Shown here piece after piece: positions 31,199-41,262 of a stretch of DNA of 64,000 nucleotides. Numbering within the stretch: position 1 is the first letter of the stretch; each line of letters starts with the position of its first letter. A model generated the notes under the pieces. The model saw only the letters and a program-made list of their open reading frames with translations. It had not been told where the DNA came from and did no database searches. Origin of the DNA: Candidatus Bathyarchaeota archaeon (GTDB lineage: Archaea > Thermoproteota > Bathyarchaeia > Bathyarchaeales > Bathycorpusculaceae). The position numbers and the translations under genes are program-made. The DNA lies in the NCBI GenBank assembly GCA_963717465.1, contig OY970340.1, positions 1,568,001-1,632,000 on the forward strand, given 5' to 3'.

Positions 31199-31666
31199 CT
31201 AAGTGGGGAGGACTATTGGGTTAGTGCCGAGTATGCGTGTTGAAAGCGTGCTTAAGAAGAGCGAGCAGATAAAATACCAGTAAGTTAGGATTAAGCCACC
31301 ATAGCCTGGAAGGTACGCGACAGGGGTTGTTCCGAAGGTTGGAAGTAAGACTAGCCACCATAATACAAGGCTGAAGAGCGATACACCCATCAAAACAAAC
31401 TGGGGTTTCATCATTTTTTGTTGCATTGCGTTTATTTGTGGCTGCCTTTTTTTCAGTTTTTCCATTTGCTTAGTATCGTTTGAACGCGCAGCTTTCATAG
31501 TTTCACTTTGATATTCCTTCATTTCTTTTTGCATTGAAAGATATTCTTTCCAGCCGACAAGACGACTTATCAAAACCCGGTTAAGGCATTGGATAAGGAT
31601 TGAAATTACAAGCGCTATTGAGAAAATAATCATTGTTGAAAAAGGTACTACTGTAAATATGGCCAT
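31199..31666 (-). CDS. EMC3/TMCO1 (DUF106) Oxa1-superfamily membrane protein
   Basis: TM - coiled coil - 2 TM, WYFICS motif, downstream of secY. Confidence 0.85.
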   Translation of the reverse strand: MAIFTVVPFSTMIIFSIALVISILIQCLNRVLISRLVGWKEYLSMQKEMKEYQSETMKAARSNDTKQMEKLKKRQPQINAMQQKMMKPQFVLMGVSLFSLVLWWLVLLPTFGTTPVAYLPGYGGLILTYWYFICSLFLSTLSTRILGTNPIVLPT

Positions 31667-31841
31667 TCGCTTTCCTTCGTCTTTTCTTTTATATTCTTAG
31701 CCTATCATCATTTTCTCGTTTATAATCGTTTTTGCTGTTTTGGTAAATTTTACGCTGATTTTCAGGCAAATGAGAAAAACTAGGCAGTTCTTTTCAAAGA
31801 AAGATGAACTTCTTATCTTAGCATATGCGTTTGCTCATTAT

Positions 31842-33257
31842 TTATTCGCCTAGGATTCGTCTGAAAGCTGGGAACATTTCAGCTGCTCTTTCACGCATTA
31901 ATAATTCATAGTACTGGTAGATTATGGTAACTGATAGCATGATGCCTGTGCCTGTGCCATATGCGCCTAATAAATCAGCAGATCCAGCGAGTAGCCCGAT
32001 AGCGATGCCACCTAGAACTGTAACTACTGGAATATAGCGTCTAAGGATTAACTCGATCGGCTTTCCTGATCGCCTGTAACCAGGGATTTGCATTCCTGAA
32101 TCCATTAGTTGCTGTGCAACTTTTGCTGGTCCAAGACCCCCGACTTCAAGCCAAACAAGCGAGAAAACTGCGCAGAATATTATCAAAATTACTATGTATA
32201 CTAAGGCTCTTAACGGGTCCTCCCCTACAAGGAAGATGTTATTCGGAGCTGTCACGTAGTAAGCAAGACCACCAACAGGAGTTACAGAGGTACTGTTGGC
32301 AGGTATAATGTATTGTCCAAAAATGTTCGTGAGCATGTTTGCTCCAGGAGCTGGTTTACCTTGAGTACTCCAAAGGATTTGTGAGAAGAAGTAGACATTT
32401 GCGAACAGTGCAGAAGCAAAAATAACAGGTAAGTTTGAAACGTACAATAGTTTAATTGGATACCTGCTACGGAAGCCTTTGTATCCCGCGTATGTCATCG
32501 GGAGTTCCACTCTGACACCGTTTAAGTAAATGCAGATTGCGAAAATTACGAGGGTAGCTGTGAAACCGAGCAGTGACGGATAAGTCCCAGAAGCTTCCCC
32601 GAATACCCATTGAAAGCTACTTTGTGCGCCACTTAAGAATGTAGAAAGAGAACCTACAAACAAGCCGTTTTGGGGTGAAAACATATCCCAGAGAATAGTT
32701 TGTGCTACTCCCGCCATAATGAATAAGCTTATGCCACTGCCTATACCCCAGCCTTTCTGCACAAGCTCATCCATTAACATGACAATCATGCCCGCGCCTA
32801 ATAACTGCAAGAAGATAATCACTGATGTTGTTGCCCCTATAGAGCCGTATATGCCGCTTACAAGGTAAGCTATAGATTGGATTGCCGTGAACATTATTGA
32901 AAAGACTTTGCTTGCAGAAGTGAACAATCCTCTGTCTTCTGCACTTGACATGTCACATTTTATTATCGAAGAACCAACTAGCAACTGGAGAATCAGACCT
33001 GCGGTAACTATTGGCCCAATGCCCAGTTGCATTAGAGTTCCACTGTTTGAAGCAAAAATAACTCTCAAAGCGTTAAATTGACTGGCTGCTGATGAACTGA
33101 TACCGTAAAGTGGAATTTCAGTCATAACCAAATAAACAACTAATACGATACCGGTCCAGAAGATTTTCTCGTTGAAGCTGACTTTGCGTTGAGGCTTCTT
33201 GATTTCAGGCAAGACTCTGCCTATTGGTTTAAATAAACTGAGAAATCTTCCAGCCAT
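31842..33257 (-). CDS. secY: Preprotein translocase SecY/Sec61 alpha
   Basis: GTLMQLGIGPIVTAGLILQLL, GIGSGISLFI, YPIKLLYVSNLPVI. Confidence 0.97.
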   Translation of the reverse strand: MAGRFLSLFKPIGRVLPEIKKPQRKVSFNEKIFWTGIVLVVYLVMTEIPLYGISSSAASQFNALRVIFASNSGTLMQLGIGPIVTAGLILQLLVGSSIIKCDMSSAEDRGLFTSASKVFSIMFTAIQSIAYLVSGIYGSIGATTSVIIFLQLLGAGMIVMLMDELVQKGWGIGSGISLFIMAGVAQTILWDMFSPQNGLFVGSLSTFLSGAQSSFQWVFGEASGTYPSLLGFTATLVIFAICIYLNGVRVELPMTYAGYKGFRSRYPIKLLYVSNLPVIFASALFANVYFFSQILWSTQGKPAPGANMLTNIFGQYIIPANSTSVTPVGGLAYYVTAPNNIFLVGEDPLRALVYIVILIIFCAVFSLVWLEVGGLGPAKVAQQLMDSGMQIPGYRRSGKPIELILRRYIPVVTVLGGIAIGLLAGSADLLGAYGTGTGIMLSVTIIYQYYELLMRERAAEMFPAFRRILGE

Positions 33258-33266
33258 CGGACGAGC

Positions 33267-33695
33267 TTACTCCCCATTATTCTTGGAAGTAATTATGATT
33301 TTTCCGCCTGCTTGCTGGATTTTTTCTTGGGCTGTTTTAGATGCTGATAACACTGTTACGCTTAGTGGCTTGTCTATTTTTCCTGTTCCTAAAAGCTTTG
33401 TATATCCTAGACTTGTTAGGTCAATGACGTTTTTTCCGTCTTTTTCTGCGGGCATAAGCTCATTTAGTTTCTGAAGGTTGATGGGATTATTTTTTGTTTT
33501 AAGGCTTTTTGGTGAGGTGAAACCGCTTTTGCCGAAGTAGTCAGGTTCATACGTGGAGACGTAACTCCATAGATGCTTGTGTCGTCCGACTTTTCGGTGA
33601 CCTTTGGAGCCACTGTCACGGTGTTGGCCTATTCTTCCATAGCCTACTGTTCGTGAACCTCTCTTTTTCCGGATTTTTCTGAGTTTGTGAGGCAT
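33267..33695 (-). CDS. rpl15: 50S ribosomal protein uL15
   Basis: RGSRTVGYGRIGQHR, YFGKSGF, KLLGTG, KIQQAGG. Confidence 0.95.
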   Translation of the reverse strand: MPHKLRKIRKKRGSRTVGYGRIGQHRDSGSKGHRKVGRHKHLWSYVSTYEPDYFGKSGFTSPKSLKTKNNPINLQKLNELMPAEKDGKNVIDLTSLGYTKLLGTGKIDKPLSVTVLSASKTAQEKIQQAGGKIIITSKNNGE

Positions 33696-33700
33696 TTTTT

Positions 33701-34141
33701 TCAGCTTCTTTCTATTGTTTGTTCGCTTTGTGCTTTTTTAAGCTTAATCTCTAGCACACCGTTCTTGAATGTAGTGTGCATGATGTTGGGAATCACTACC
33801 TTTGGAAGATTTAAACTTTTATAGTATCTACGCTCTTTAGATTTTGCTGACAGCGTAATTTTCTGGTCTTTCACATTTATTTTGAGGGTTTCCTTATTAA
33901 AGCCTACTATTTCAGCTACGATAGTAATCCAATTCCCCTCTTGGAAAATGTCAATCAAGGGTTTTGGTTCTTTGAATTTTTTTTTCGTGTTTAACGTGGG
34001 TGGGTGAAAAGTTTGCGTGCGAGTAGATTTTATTGACTTAGTCTCTATTTTAAGTATTTTTGATTTTTTCGGTCTAATTTCAATGTTGTTTAAGTCTAGC
34101 CATTTTCTATTTTTTTTAGTTCTTCTCCATTTCGCACTCAA
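33701..34141 (-). CDS. Small heat shock protein (Hsp20/alpha-crystallin domain)
   Basis: EPLIDIF-like KPLIDIF, YYKSLNLP, FKNGVLEIKLKK. Confidence 0.85.
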   Translation of the reverse strand: MSAKWRRTKKNRKWLDLNNIEIRPKKSKILKIETKSIKSTRTQTFHPPTLNTKKKFKEPKPLIDIFQEGNWITIVAEIVGFNKETLKINVKDQKITLSAKSKERRYYKSLNLPKVVIPNIMHTTFKNGVLEIKLKKAQSEQTIERS

Positions 34142-34387
34142 ATACTTCCCCTCCGATTACTAACGCAGATTTCATTGTGATTATTAAAATGTATCGCAAA
34201 TAAAACCAGAGAATACGGGCATTGCTTTGAAGCTAAATCCCATTAGAAAAAGGTTACAGCTTTGTTGCCTAATTTATCGCCTGTTTTCTTGATCAAAGCT
34301 TCCTTTTTAGGCATCTCTTCAGTTTAACAAAATTAGGCAATTATACCTAAAAACTGACGCGTAATCGCTGGCTTAAAATGGGGTTAG

Positions 34388-35821
34388 TTACCTAATCTTT
34401 CGGTCGACCAATTTCCCATTTGCATCAAACAATGTTATGTCCAAAGGCATTTCTCTAACCGCGTGGGTTGCACAGCTTAAACATGGGTCAAAAGCGCGGA
34501 TTACCGCTTCAACCCTGTTAAGCATGCCTTCCTGCAGCTGTTTTGCATTTACGTATTTTTTCGCCACTTGAGTAACAGCCTGATTATAGGCGAGATTGTT
34601 GTGTTCAGTGGCGATAATCATGTTGTTCCAAAGTACAATGCCTTGAGAGTCAACCTTATAATGGTGAATCAGAGTTCCTCTTGGAGCTTCAGCCACTCCG
34701 ATGCCTTCAAAATTGTTCACTAAAGCCTTTGAGGCCACGTGTTCTGACAGGATTTCTGGATCTTCAAGCAGACGTTTTGCCGTCTCCAAACAGAACAGCA
34801 ATTCAATTAATCGAGCATAATGATAGTGAAACGTGTTCTGCACAGGGCCGTTTTTTCCAAGCTTCTTAAATTCCAGTAATTCCTTATCAGCAAGCGGAGT
34901 ACCGCAGCTTGAAACAACGTTTAAACGTGCAAGCGGTCCAACACGGTAGCATCCCTGTGGATAACCTAATGGTTTGTAATACGGAAACTTCATGAAGGAC
35001 CAGGGTTCAACTGCTTCACCAATGTACTCAAAGTATTTTTCTGGCTCAAGCTGGTCAGCAATGATTTTGCCGTTCTCGTCCAAAAAACGAATTTTTCCGT
35101 CATAGTGTTCAAGCTCACCGTTGAGCGTGACCAGACCCATGTACAGCGATGGAAAATTCCCGAAATTTTCAATTTCTTCAGAGTGATCATCCAGCCAAGA
35201 TTTGTATAGCGCCAACGCACTGTTTGCGATATCCATAGCTTCAGGTAGATTAGCCAAAAGGAAAGCAACATTTTCTTTTGATAAAGGCCATTTCGCTCCA
35301 CCCGGTAGAATCCATTCGCTTGAATGAATCTTTTTTCCTGCGACTTTTTCGATTATTTCTTGGCCGAACTTTCGCAGTTTTATTCCCTGCAATGCCAAAT
35401 CAGGTTTTTTCTCAATCAAGCCAAAAATGTTTCTATGAGCTGGGTCAGAATCAATTCCTAAAAGCAAATCTGGGCCTGAAAGATGGTAAAAGTTTAGGGC
35501 ATGTGATTGAATTAGTTGCCCCATATGCATTAAACGCCGAAGCATCGTTGTAGTTTTCGGTGGGGTAACCCCGACTATTGCGTCGCATGCTTTGGCTGAA
35601 GCTAACAGATGGCTAACTGGGCAGATTCCACATGCCCTTGATGTTATACTGGGCATTTCGTAGAATGGTCTGCCTTCAGTGAATTTTTCAAATCCTCGAA
35701 AATCAACCACTTTAAAATGTGCTTCGTGAACGGAGCCATCTTCATTTAGCATTATGGAGACTTGTGCATGACCTTCGATTCGGGTTATTGGGTTGATTAT
35801 TACTTCTTTTTCTTTAACCAT
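34388..35821 (-). CDS. hoxH: [NiFe] hydrogenase large subunit, HoxH-type (group 3d-like)
   Basis: [39 protein letters not shown] plus C-terminal extension. Confidence 0.92.
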   Translation of the reverse strand: MVKEKEVIINPITRIEGHAQVSIMLNEDGSVHEAHFKVVDFRGFEKFTEGRPFYEMPSITSRACGICPVSHLLASAKACDAIVGVTPPKTTTMLRRLMHMGQLIQSHALNFYHLSGPDLLLGIDSDPAHRNIFGLIEKKPDLALQGIKLRKFGQEIIEKVAGKKIHSSEWILPGGAKWPLSKENVAFLLANLPEAMDIANSALALYKSWLDDHSEEIENFGNFPSLYMGLVTLNGELEHYDGKIRFLDENGKIIADQLEPEKYFEYIGEAVEPWSFMKFPYYKPLGYPQGCYRVGPLARLNVVSSCGTPLADKELLEFKKLGKNGPVQNTFHYHYARLIELLFCLETAKRLLEDPEILSEHVASKALVNNFEGIGVAEAPRGTLIHHYKVDSQGIVLWNNMIIATEHNNLAYNQAVTQVAKKYVNAKQLQEGMLNRVEAVIRAFDPCLSCATHAVREMPLDITLFDANGKLVDRKIR

Positions 35822-36347
35822 ATTTTGACTTGTCCTCCATGTTTGGTGTTTTCCCAGCTAACAATTCAGTCAGCACGTAGCAAATCAGGTCTGCCGATGG
35901 TGGACAGCCAGGAATAAAATAGTCTACTTTAACTTCTTCATGAAGCGGGCGTGCCTTAGGCAAAAGTTTTGGCACTTCTGTTGGCAATTGAGCATTGAAA
36001 TTTGATTTATCAATAAAAGCGCGCTCTAAAATAGCTTGGTCACTGTGATGCCATGCATTTCTAAGAGCCGTCACATTGCCGGTGACTGCGCAGTCGCCGA
36101 GTGAGATCAAAATTTTTGTTCGAGATCTTGCCTTCTTGAGCAATGTTGATTGATCTTGATTTGCAACGGCTCCTTCAATTAGAGCAATGGTGGTGTTTTC
36201 TGGAAATTCTTTAATGTCAACAATCGGACTGCATACAAGCTCTATTTTCTGTGCAAGCGTTATGAGTCGTTCGTCTTGGTCTAAGAAGGACATGTGGCAG
36301 CCTGAACAGCCGCTTAGCCAAATCGTGGCTACTTTTGCTTTTGCCAT
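35814..36347 (-). CDS. hoxY: [NiFe] hydrogenase small subunit HoxY
   Basis: GCSGCHMS, EGAV, GDCA, PGCPP; short 177 aa form. Confidence 0.92.
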   Translation of the reverse strand: MAKAKVATIWLSGCSGCHMSFLDQDERLITLAQKIELVCSPIVDIKEFPENTTIALIEGAVANQDQSTLLKKARSRTKILISLGDCAVTGNVTALRNAWHHSDQAILERAFIDKSNFNAQLPTEVPKLLPKARPLHEEVKVDYFIPGCPPSADLICYVLTELLAGKTPNMEDKSKYG

Positions 36348-36349
36348 TG

Positions 36350-37057
36350 CTATTTGTGTTGCCTCCGTGAAATGATGAATTGTGCGATGCTGCTTTGTTT
36401 GGTGTGATCGATGGGTTCACCTTCGATGTATATGGCTCCGACTGGGCAGACTTTAGCGCATTTTCTGCAGCTTGTGCAGGAGTGTGCCTTGGCCCATGGT
36501 TCATCTAAATCCATAATTACTTCAGAGTTTTTTCCGCGTAATTTCAAATCCAAAGTGTGAACTCCTTCAATCTGGTCGCAGACTCGGATGCATCTCGTGC
36601 ATAAGATGCACCTATTTCGATCTATCACCAGAAAGTCATGGGTTGAATCGATTTCTTCACTTGTCCATTGTCGCTCAAACATCACGTGATCCACGCCATG
36701 CTTATTTGCTAAGGCTTGAAGCTCACAATGATCATTAGCCACGCATACAGGGCAGATGTGAGTTCGCTCAGAAAGAAGCAGTTGCAGTGACATTTTGCGG
36801 TATTCTTTCAGTTTTTCGGATTTGGTCGTGACCTCCATTCCTGTGCTGACAGGCGTGGTGCAAGAGGGAAAAAGTTTTGGTGAACCTCGAATTTCCACAA
36901 GACACATCCGGCATCCACCGAAACTTTTTAGGCCTTCAAGGTTGCAAATCGTCGGGATTATTATGCCGTAGCTTTTGGCTGCCTCCAGAATAGAAGTGCC
37001 TTCGGGAACGTTGACTTCGACGCCGTCAATTTTCAGTTTCACGTTTGGTTCACTCAT
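36350..37057 (-). CDS. hoxU: Diaphorase Fe-S subunit HoxU (NuoG N-terminal-like)
   Basis: Start MSEPNV at 37057; GGCRMCLV, HICPVC....CELQ, CILCTRCIRVC, CTSCRKCAKVCP. Confidence 0.9.
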   Translation of the reverse strand: MSEPNVKLKIDGVEVNVPEGTSILEAAKSYGIIIPTICNLEGLKSFGGCRMCLVEIRGSPKLFPSCTTPVSTGMEVTTKSEKLKEYRKMSLQLLLSERTHICPVCVANDHCELQALANKHGVDHVMFERQWTSEEIDSTHDFLVIDRNRCILCTRCIRVCDQIEGVHTLDLKLRGKNSEVIMDLDEPWAKAHSCTSCRKCAKVCPVGAIYIEGEPIDHTKQSSIAQFIISRRQHK

Positions 37058-38702
37058 TTTGATTTGTCTCCTCTTCGCTGAAGCATATGCCTGCCTCACA
37101 CTTTTTTTCCGCGATATGCGTGAGATATTCATCCTTGAAGTACCGTAAAGTCGTAATAACCGGATTAGGGGCTGTTTGACCTAGACCACACAGGCTTGCT
37201 TCTCTAATGTAAATGCTTGATTTCTCCAACAGAGAGATATCACCCAATGTGCCCGCGCCATGAGTTATCCGATCAAAAACATCTAAAACTTTGCTTAGAC
37301 CTACTCTGCAAGGTTGACATTTGCCGCATGATTCTTCAACGCCGAATTCTGTAAAAAAGCGTGCCGTGTCTACCATGCATGAATCTTGGTCGAGTACGAC
37401 AATTCCGCCTGAACCCATGATTGCCCCGACTTTCATGAGTGAGTCATAGTCAACTGATGACTCCAGGAGAATTTCAGGTAGGCATCCGCCCGATGGACCG
37501 CCGACAAGAACGGCTTTGAATTCTTTGCCGTCTGGAACGCCTCCGCCGATATCGAACACTATTTCTCTTAGCGAGATGCCCATTGGAACTTCAATTAACC
37601 CTGGATTGTTTACTTTTCCCGTCAGGGAGAAGCATTTAGTTCCCGTGCATTTTGGCGTGCCAATTTTTGCGAACCATTGACCGCCATTATGAACAATTAG
37701 CGGAATATTCGCTAACGTTTCAACATTTTGGATTAGCGTCGGTTTATTCCAAAGCCCCGAGTTAGCTGGGTACGGTGGACGAGGCCTTGGTATTGCTCTA
37801 CGCCCTTCCACTGAGGCCAAAATAGCGGTCTCTTCTCCGGCTACAAATGCGCCTGCGCCAAGCCGCAGTTCTAGATCAAACTTAAAGTCCGTCTCAAGAA
37901 TATTATCGCCTACAAGTGACATGCTTTTTGCTTGAGCTAACGCTTTAAGAATGGTTTGGATAGCCACTGCGTATTCAGCTCTAATGTAAAGGTAGCCTTT
38001 TTCTGCACCTAACGCATAAGCAGCGATCAGCATGCCTTCAATAATCGCGTGCGGGTCAGCTTCCGCGAGAGTGCGGTTAGCGAAAACTCCTGGGTCGCCT
38101 TCATCCAAATTAGCAACAATGTACTTTGGATTATCATGTGCTCGTGCAACCAATTCCCATTTTTGACCAGTTGGAAACCCTGCGCCGCCTCTACCTCTTA
38201 ACCCGCTAATTGTCACTTCATTTATGACGTCTTGGGGACTCATTGAGGTTAAGCATTTGGCGAAGGCTGAGTATCCGCCGACTTCAATGTAGTTCTGAAT
38301 TCGCGAAGGGTCAATTTTGCCCGCGTTTCGCAAGACTAGCCTACGCTGTTTTTTGAAATAAGCTTCGTTTTTATAGAGTAATTCTTTAACGGGTAAACCT
38401 AAAACGACGTGGTCGCGAACGATCTGTTTTGCTTTTTCAGGAGTTACAGTTTGATACAAGTAATCGCCTGGCTCCACAGTTACTGCTGGACCTACCGAGC
38501 AGGTGCCTATGCATCCAGTTCGGGCGACCTTGCATTCCTTTTCAACACCCAATTCCTTCACGGCATCTTCAAATGCCTTTAAAACTTTCAGGGCGCCAAA
38601 AGGAATACAGCCACTTGAACAGCAAACATTTATTTTGTACCTGTAAGCGTCTTCAAAATCAAGTTCGTTTTCAGCGATTCTTTGCAGGTCGGACAGCTTC
38701 AT
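37050..38702 (-). CDS. hoxF: Diaphorase flavoprotein HoxF (NuoF-like)
   Basis: N-terminal thioredoxin-like 2Fe-2S domain, GLRGRGGAGFPTG, DEGDPG, GEETA, SCGKCQPCR, SLCGLG. Confidence 0.92.
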   Translation of the reverse strand: MKLSDLQRIAENELDFEDAYRYKINVCCSSGCIPFGALKVLKAFEDAVKELGVEKECKVARTGCIGTCSVGPAVTVEPGDYLYQTVTPEKAKQIVRDHVVLGLPVKELLYKNEAYFKKQRRLVLRNAGKIDPSRIQNYIEVGGYSAFAKCLTSMSPQDVINEVTISGLRGRGGAGFPTGQKWELVARAHDNPKYIVANLDEGDPGVFANRTLAEADPHAIIEGMLIAAYALGAEKGYLYIRAEYAVAIQTILKALAQAKSMSLVGDNILETDFKFDLELRLGAGAFVAGEETAILASVEGRRAIPRPRPPYPANSGLWNKPTLIQNVETLANIPLIVHNGGQWFAKIGTPKCTGTKCFSLTGKVNNPGLIEVPMGISLREIVFDIGGGVPDGKEFKAVLVGGPSGGCLPEILLESSVDYDSLMKVGAIMGSGGIVVLDQDSCMVDTARFFTEFGVEESCGKCQPCRVGLSKVLDVFDRITHGAGTLGDISLLEKSSIYIREASLCGLGQTAPNPVITTLRYFKDEYLTHIAEKKCEAGICFSEEETNQNE

Positions 38703-39181
38703 TCTTCATTCCTTCCAAGTGCAATCTTAATCTTTTGGATGACTTCTTGACTGGTGGCTTTACCAATAACCTCATCATCTACTGCAATGTTTGGAGCCAT
38801 GGCACAGGCACCGATACAACGAGAAATAAGCAGGGAAAGCTTGCCATCCGACGTTGAACCGCCTCTTTTAACATTAAACTCATGTTCAACTGACTCAACG
38901 ACCCTTTCAACGCCTTTCACATAGCAAGCAGTGCCCAAGCAAACTGTTACCGTGTGCTGACCAGGCTTTAACAGCTTAAAGTAGTTGTAGAAGGTTGCGA
39001 CTCCGTAAACATGGCTCGCTGGAATGTTCAAAGTGTCCGAAATATCCGTCAACAAATCCTTATCCAAATACCCGTAGATCTCTTGGGCGCGATGAAGAAT
39101 TTCTAAAAGAGCGCTCTCGCTGTAATCGTGTTCCATAAAAACTTTTTCAAGCATAACTCGACGATTGTCGGCTTTCGCCAA
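38699..39181 (-). CDS. hoxE: HoxE (NuoE-like 2Fe-2S subunit)
   Basis: VATFYNYF, CLGTACYVKG, CIGACAMAP. Confidence 0.9.
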   Translation of the reverse strand: MAKADNRRVMLEKVFMEHDYSESALLEILHRAQEIYGYLDKDLLTDISDTLNIPASHVYGVATFYNYFKLLKPGQHTVTVCLGTACYVKGVERVVESVEHEFNVKRGGSTSDGKLSLLISRCIGACAMAPNIAVDDEVIGKATSQEVIQKIKIALGRNEE

Positions 39182-39438
39182 AAAAATAAGCCTCTAATAA
39201 CTACTAGATGTTTTGCTTAAAGAGTATAAAAATATGATGAAAATGCTTTTTCGCATAGCTATTTTTTTAACGAGTTTTAAGGCTGCTTAAGCTTTAGTAA
39301 CAACGACCAGTCTATTTTCGACTGTTAATCGGCGAGCAGGAGTCTTAAGCATAACATCGATTCCTTTATCTCTGCATGACCATAATAACGATTAAGATAT
39401 TAAGAAATAGCGTGCAATTATCTCGCGAGGATGTATCT

Positions 39439-40663
39439 TTGAAGTATGTAGATTATGTTGATTTAAATTATAAGCCGAAGGAAACTGACTTAATCTGCAC
39501 TTTCAGTGTAGAACCAAAAGGGATTAGCCTTAAGGAAGCTGCTGGTGCAGTGGCGGCTGAAAGTTCAATTGGTACATGGACTGAACTTTCAACTTCAAAA
39601 CCATACGTCAACGCGTTAGCAGCCCATGTTTTCAGCATCCGAAAAAACAAGATAAAAATAGCCTATCCAATCGAGTTGTTTGAGCAGGCTAATATGCCTA
39701 ACATTTTAAGTAGCGTCGCAGGCAACGTTTTCGGGTTAAAAGCCCTTGAAAACCTAAAATTACTCGACATACAACTCCCCCTGAAACTGGCAGACAGCTT
39801 TAAGGGACCAAAGTTTGGCATTGCAGGGATTCGTGAGCTCTTGAAAGTTCCCAGGCGTCCACTTGTGGGAACAATAATTAAGCCTAAACTTGGCTTAAAA
39901 ACGAAGGACCACGCGCGAGGTGGCTTATGAGGCTTGGAGTGGAGGATGCGACATCGTTAAGGATGACGAAAATCTAAGCAGCCAAAAATTCAATCCGTTT
40001 GAAGACCGTCTTGTGCAGACCTTGGAGAGCCGAGACAAAGCGGAACAAGAGACAGGTGAACGCAAAGTCTACATGATTAACGTTACTGCTGAAACACAAA
40101 CCATGCTTAAGCGTGCTCAACTTGTCCTTGACAGCGGGGGTGAATATGTTATGGTTGACATTTTAACTTGCGGTTGGTCAGCGCTTCAAACCTTAAAAGA
40201 TCAGAACTTTAAACTTGTTATTCACGCTCACAGGGCAGGACACGCAGCTTTCACGAAGAACCCGTTGCATGGAATTGCTATGCGCCCAATCGCCACTGTT
40301 GCAAGAATTATCGGCGTGGATCAGCTTCATGTAGGCACGGTTGTTGGTAAAATGTCTGAGACTAAAAGTGAGGTTCAAGAAAACATTGATGCTTGCAAGA
40401 TCAAGTTGGGAGGCATTAAGCCTGTGTTGCCTGTTGCCTCAGGTGGATTGTACCCGCAGCTGGTTCCTGCTCTGATGGAAACTTTTGGTGAAGATTTTGT
40501 GATTCAAGCAGGCGGCGGTATCCACGGACATCCGGATGGGACAGTTGCTGGAGCCAAGGCAATGCGACAAGCAGTAGATGCGGTTCTGAATGGTTTAACC
40601 TTAGAAGAATATGCCAAGTCGCACAAAGAATTGAAAGCTGCACTTAAACAGTGGCCAAGCTAA
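39439..40663 (+). CDS. rbcL: RuBisCO large subunit, archaeal form III type, split by a one-base frameshift at about 39912-39919
   Basis: AAESSIGTW, GTIIKPKLGL | DIVKDDENL, HAHRAGH, HVGTVVGKM, ASGG, QAGGGIHGHP; likely TTG start at 39439 after GAGGA. Confidence 0.9.
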
Positions 40664-40829
40664 TTCTGTTTGAAAACTTCACGAGGTAATTCTGATCGTT
40701 ATTAGTAAAACTTGCAAAAAGCGCAGTAAAAGTGATTTTTTTAAATAAGAATCTGCTTGAATTACGACTCTTTGAGCTAAAACTCGAAGGATACGGCTTT
40801 ACGCTTAAAGAGATTGTTGCAAAAACATA

Positions 40830-41218
40830 CATGAAATTCGCGTGACAGAGGGCTACCGCTTATTGAGAGCTTGCTCACTGTGTTAGATGGTAGCTTATGC
40901 TGCAGGAATTCGTTGAGGTGTTGTTGAAGGCTGAGAATTGCCTCTCGCGGGTTAGACATGGCAATAGGTAACCTTAATGAGTATTGACAACGAGGACGCC
41001 CGGAAACATCGACGAAATGAGCTTCAGGAATACTCTGAGAATCTCGGAAAACCCGCGAATAGCATGGGAAATCTCGGAAATCCAAAATCAGAGGGTTGAC
41101 CGCATGGTTGGAGACACCGTTCAACCTTCTATGTGCATAGGCAGTATATTATGAGGGTTGACTTGGCAAAGCTTCACGGTGCTGAGGGTTAGGTTTACAT
41201 TCGCGTTTAAATTTCATG
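40830..41218 (+). ncRNA. Putative ~390-nt structured non-coding RNA, family not recognised
   Basis: Paired ends (CATGAAATT/AATTTCATG), at least five internal helices, a 9-bp pseudoknot pairing, a GAGA tetraloop, and a TTAAAG TATA-like box about 20 nt upstream. G-U pairs favour the + strand. Confidence 0.6.
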
Positions 41219-41262
41219 CGAAAAACTAAGAAATATAAGGAAAGCGATTGTGCTCGCCTTTT

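Noticed and set aside
40777..41124. 115-aa minus-strand ORF
   Set aside because: No motif and atypical composition; the region is better explained by RNA structure on the + strand.
41184..41193. Telomere-like GGGTTAGG
   Set aside because: Single short occurrence, expected by chance.
40830..41218. RNase P RNA, SRP RNA or group I intron assignment
   Set aside because: Only partial resemblances (GGAATTCGTTG/CAACGAG is P4-like; ACAGAGGGCTA is CR-V-like). No GAGGAAAGTCC, SRP helix 8 or convincing R/S elements. Left unassigned pending a covariance search.
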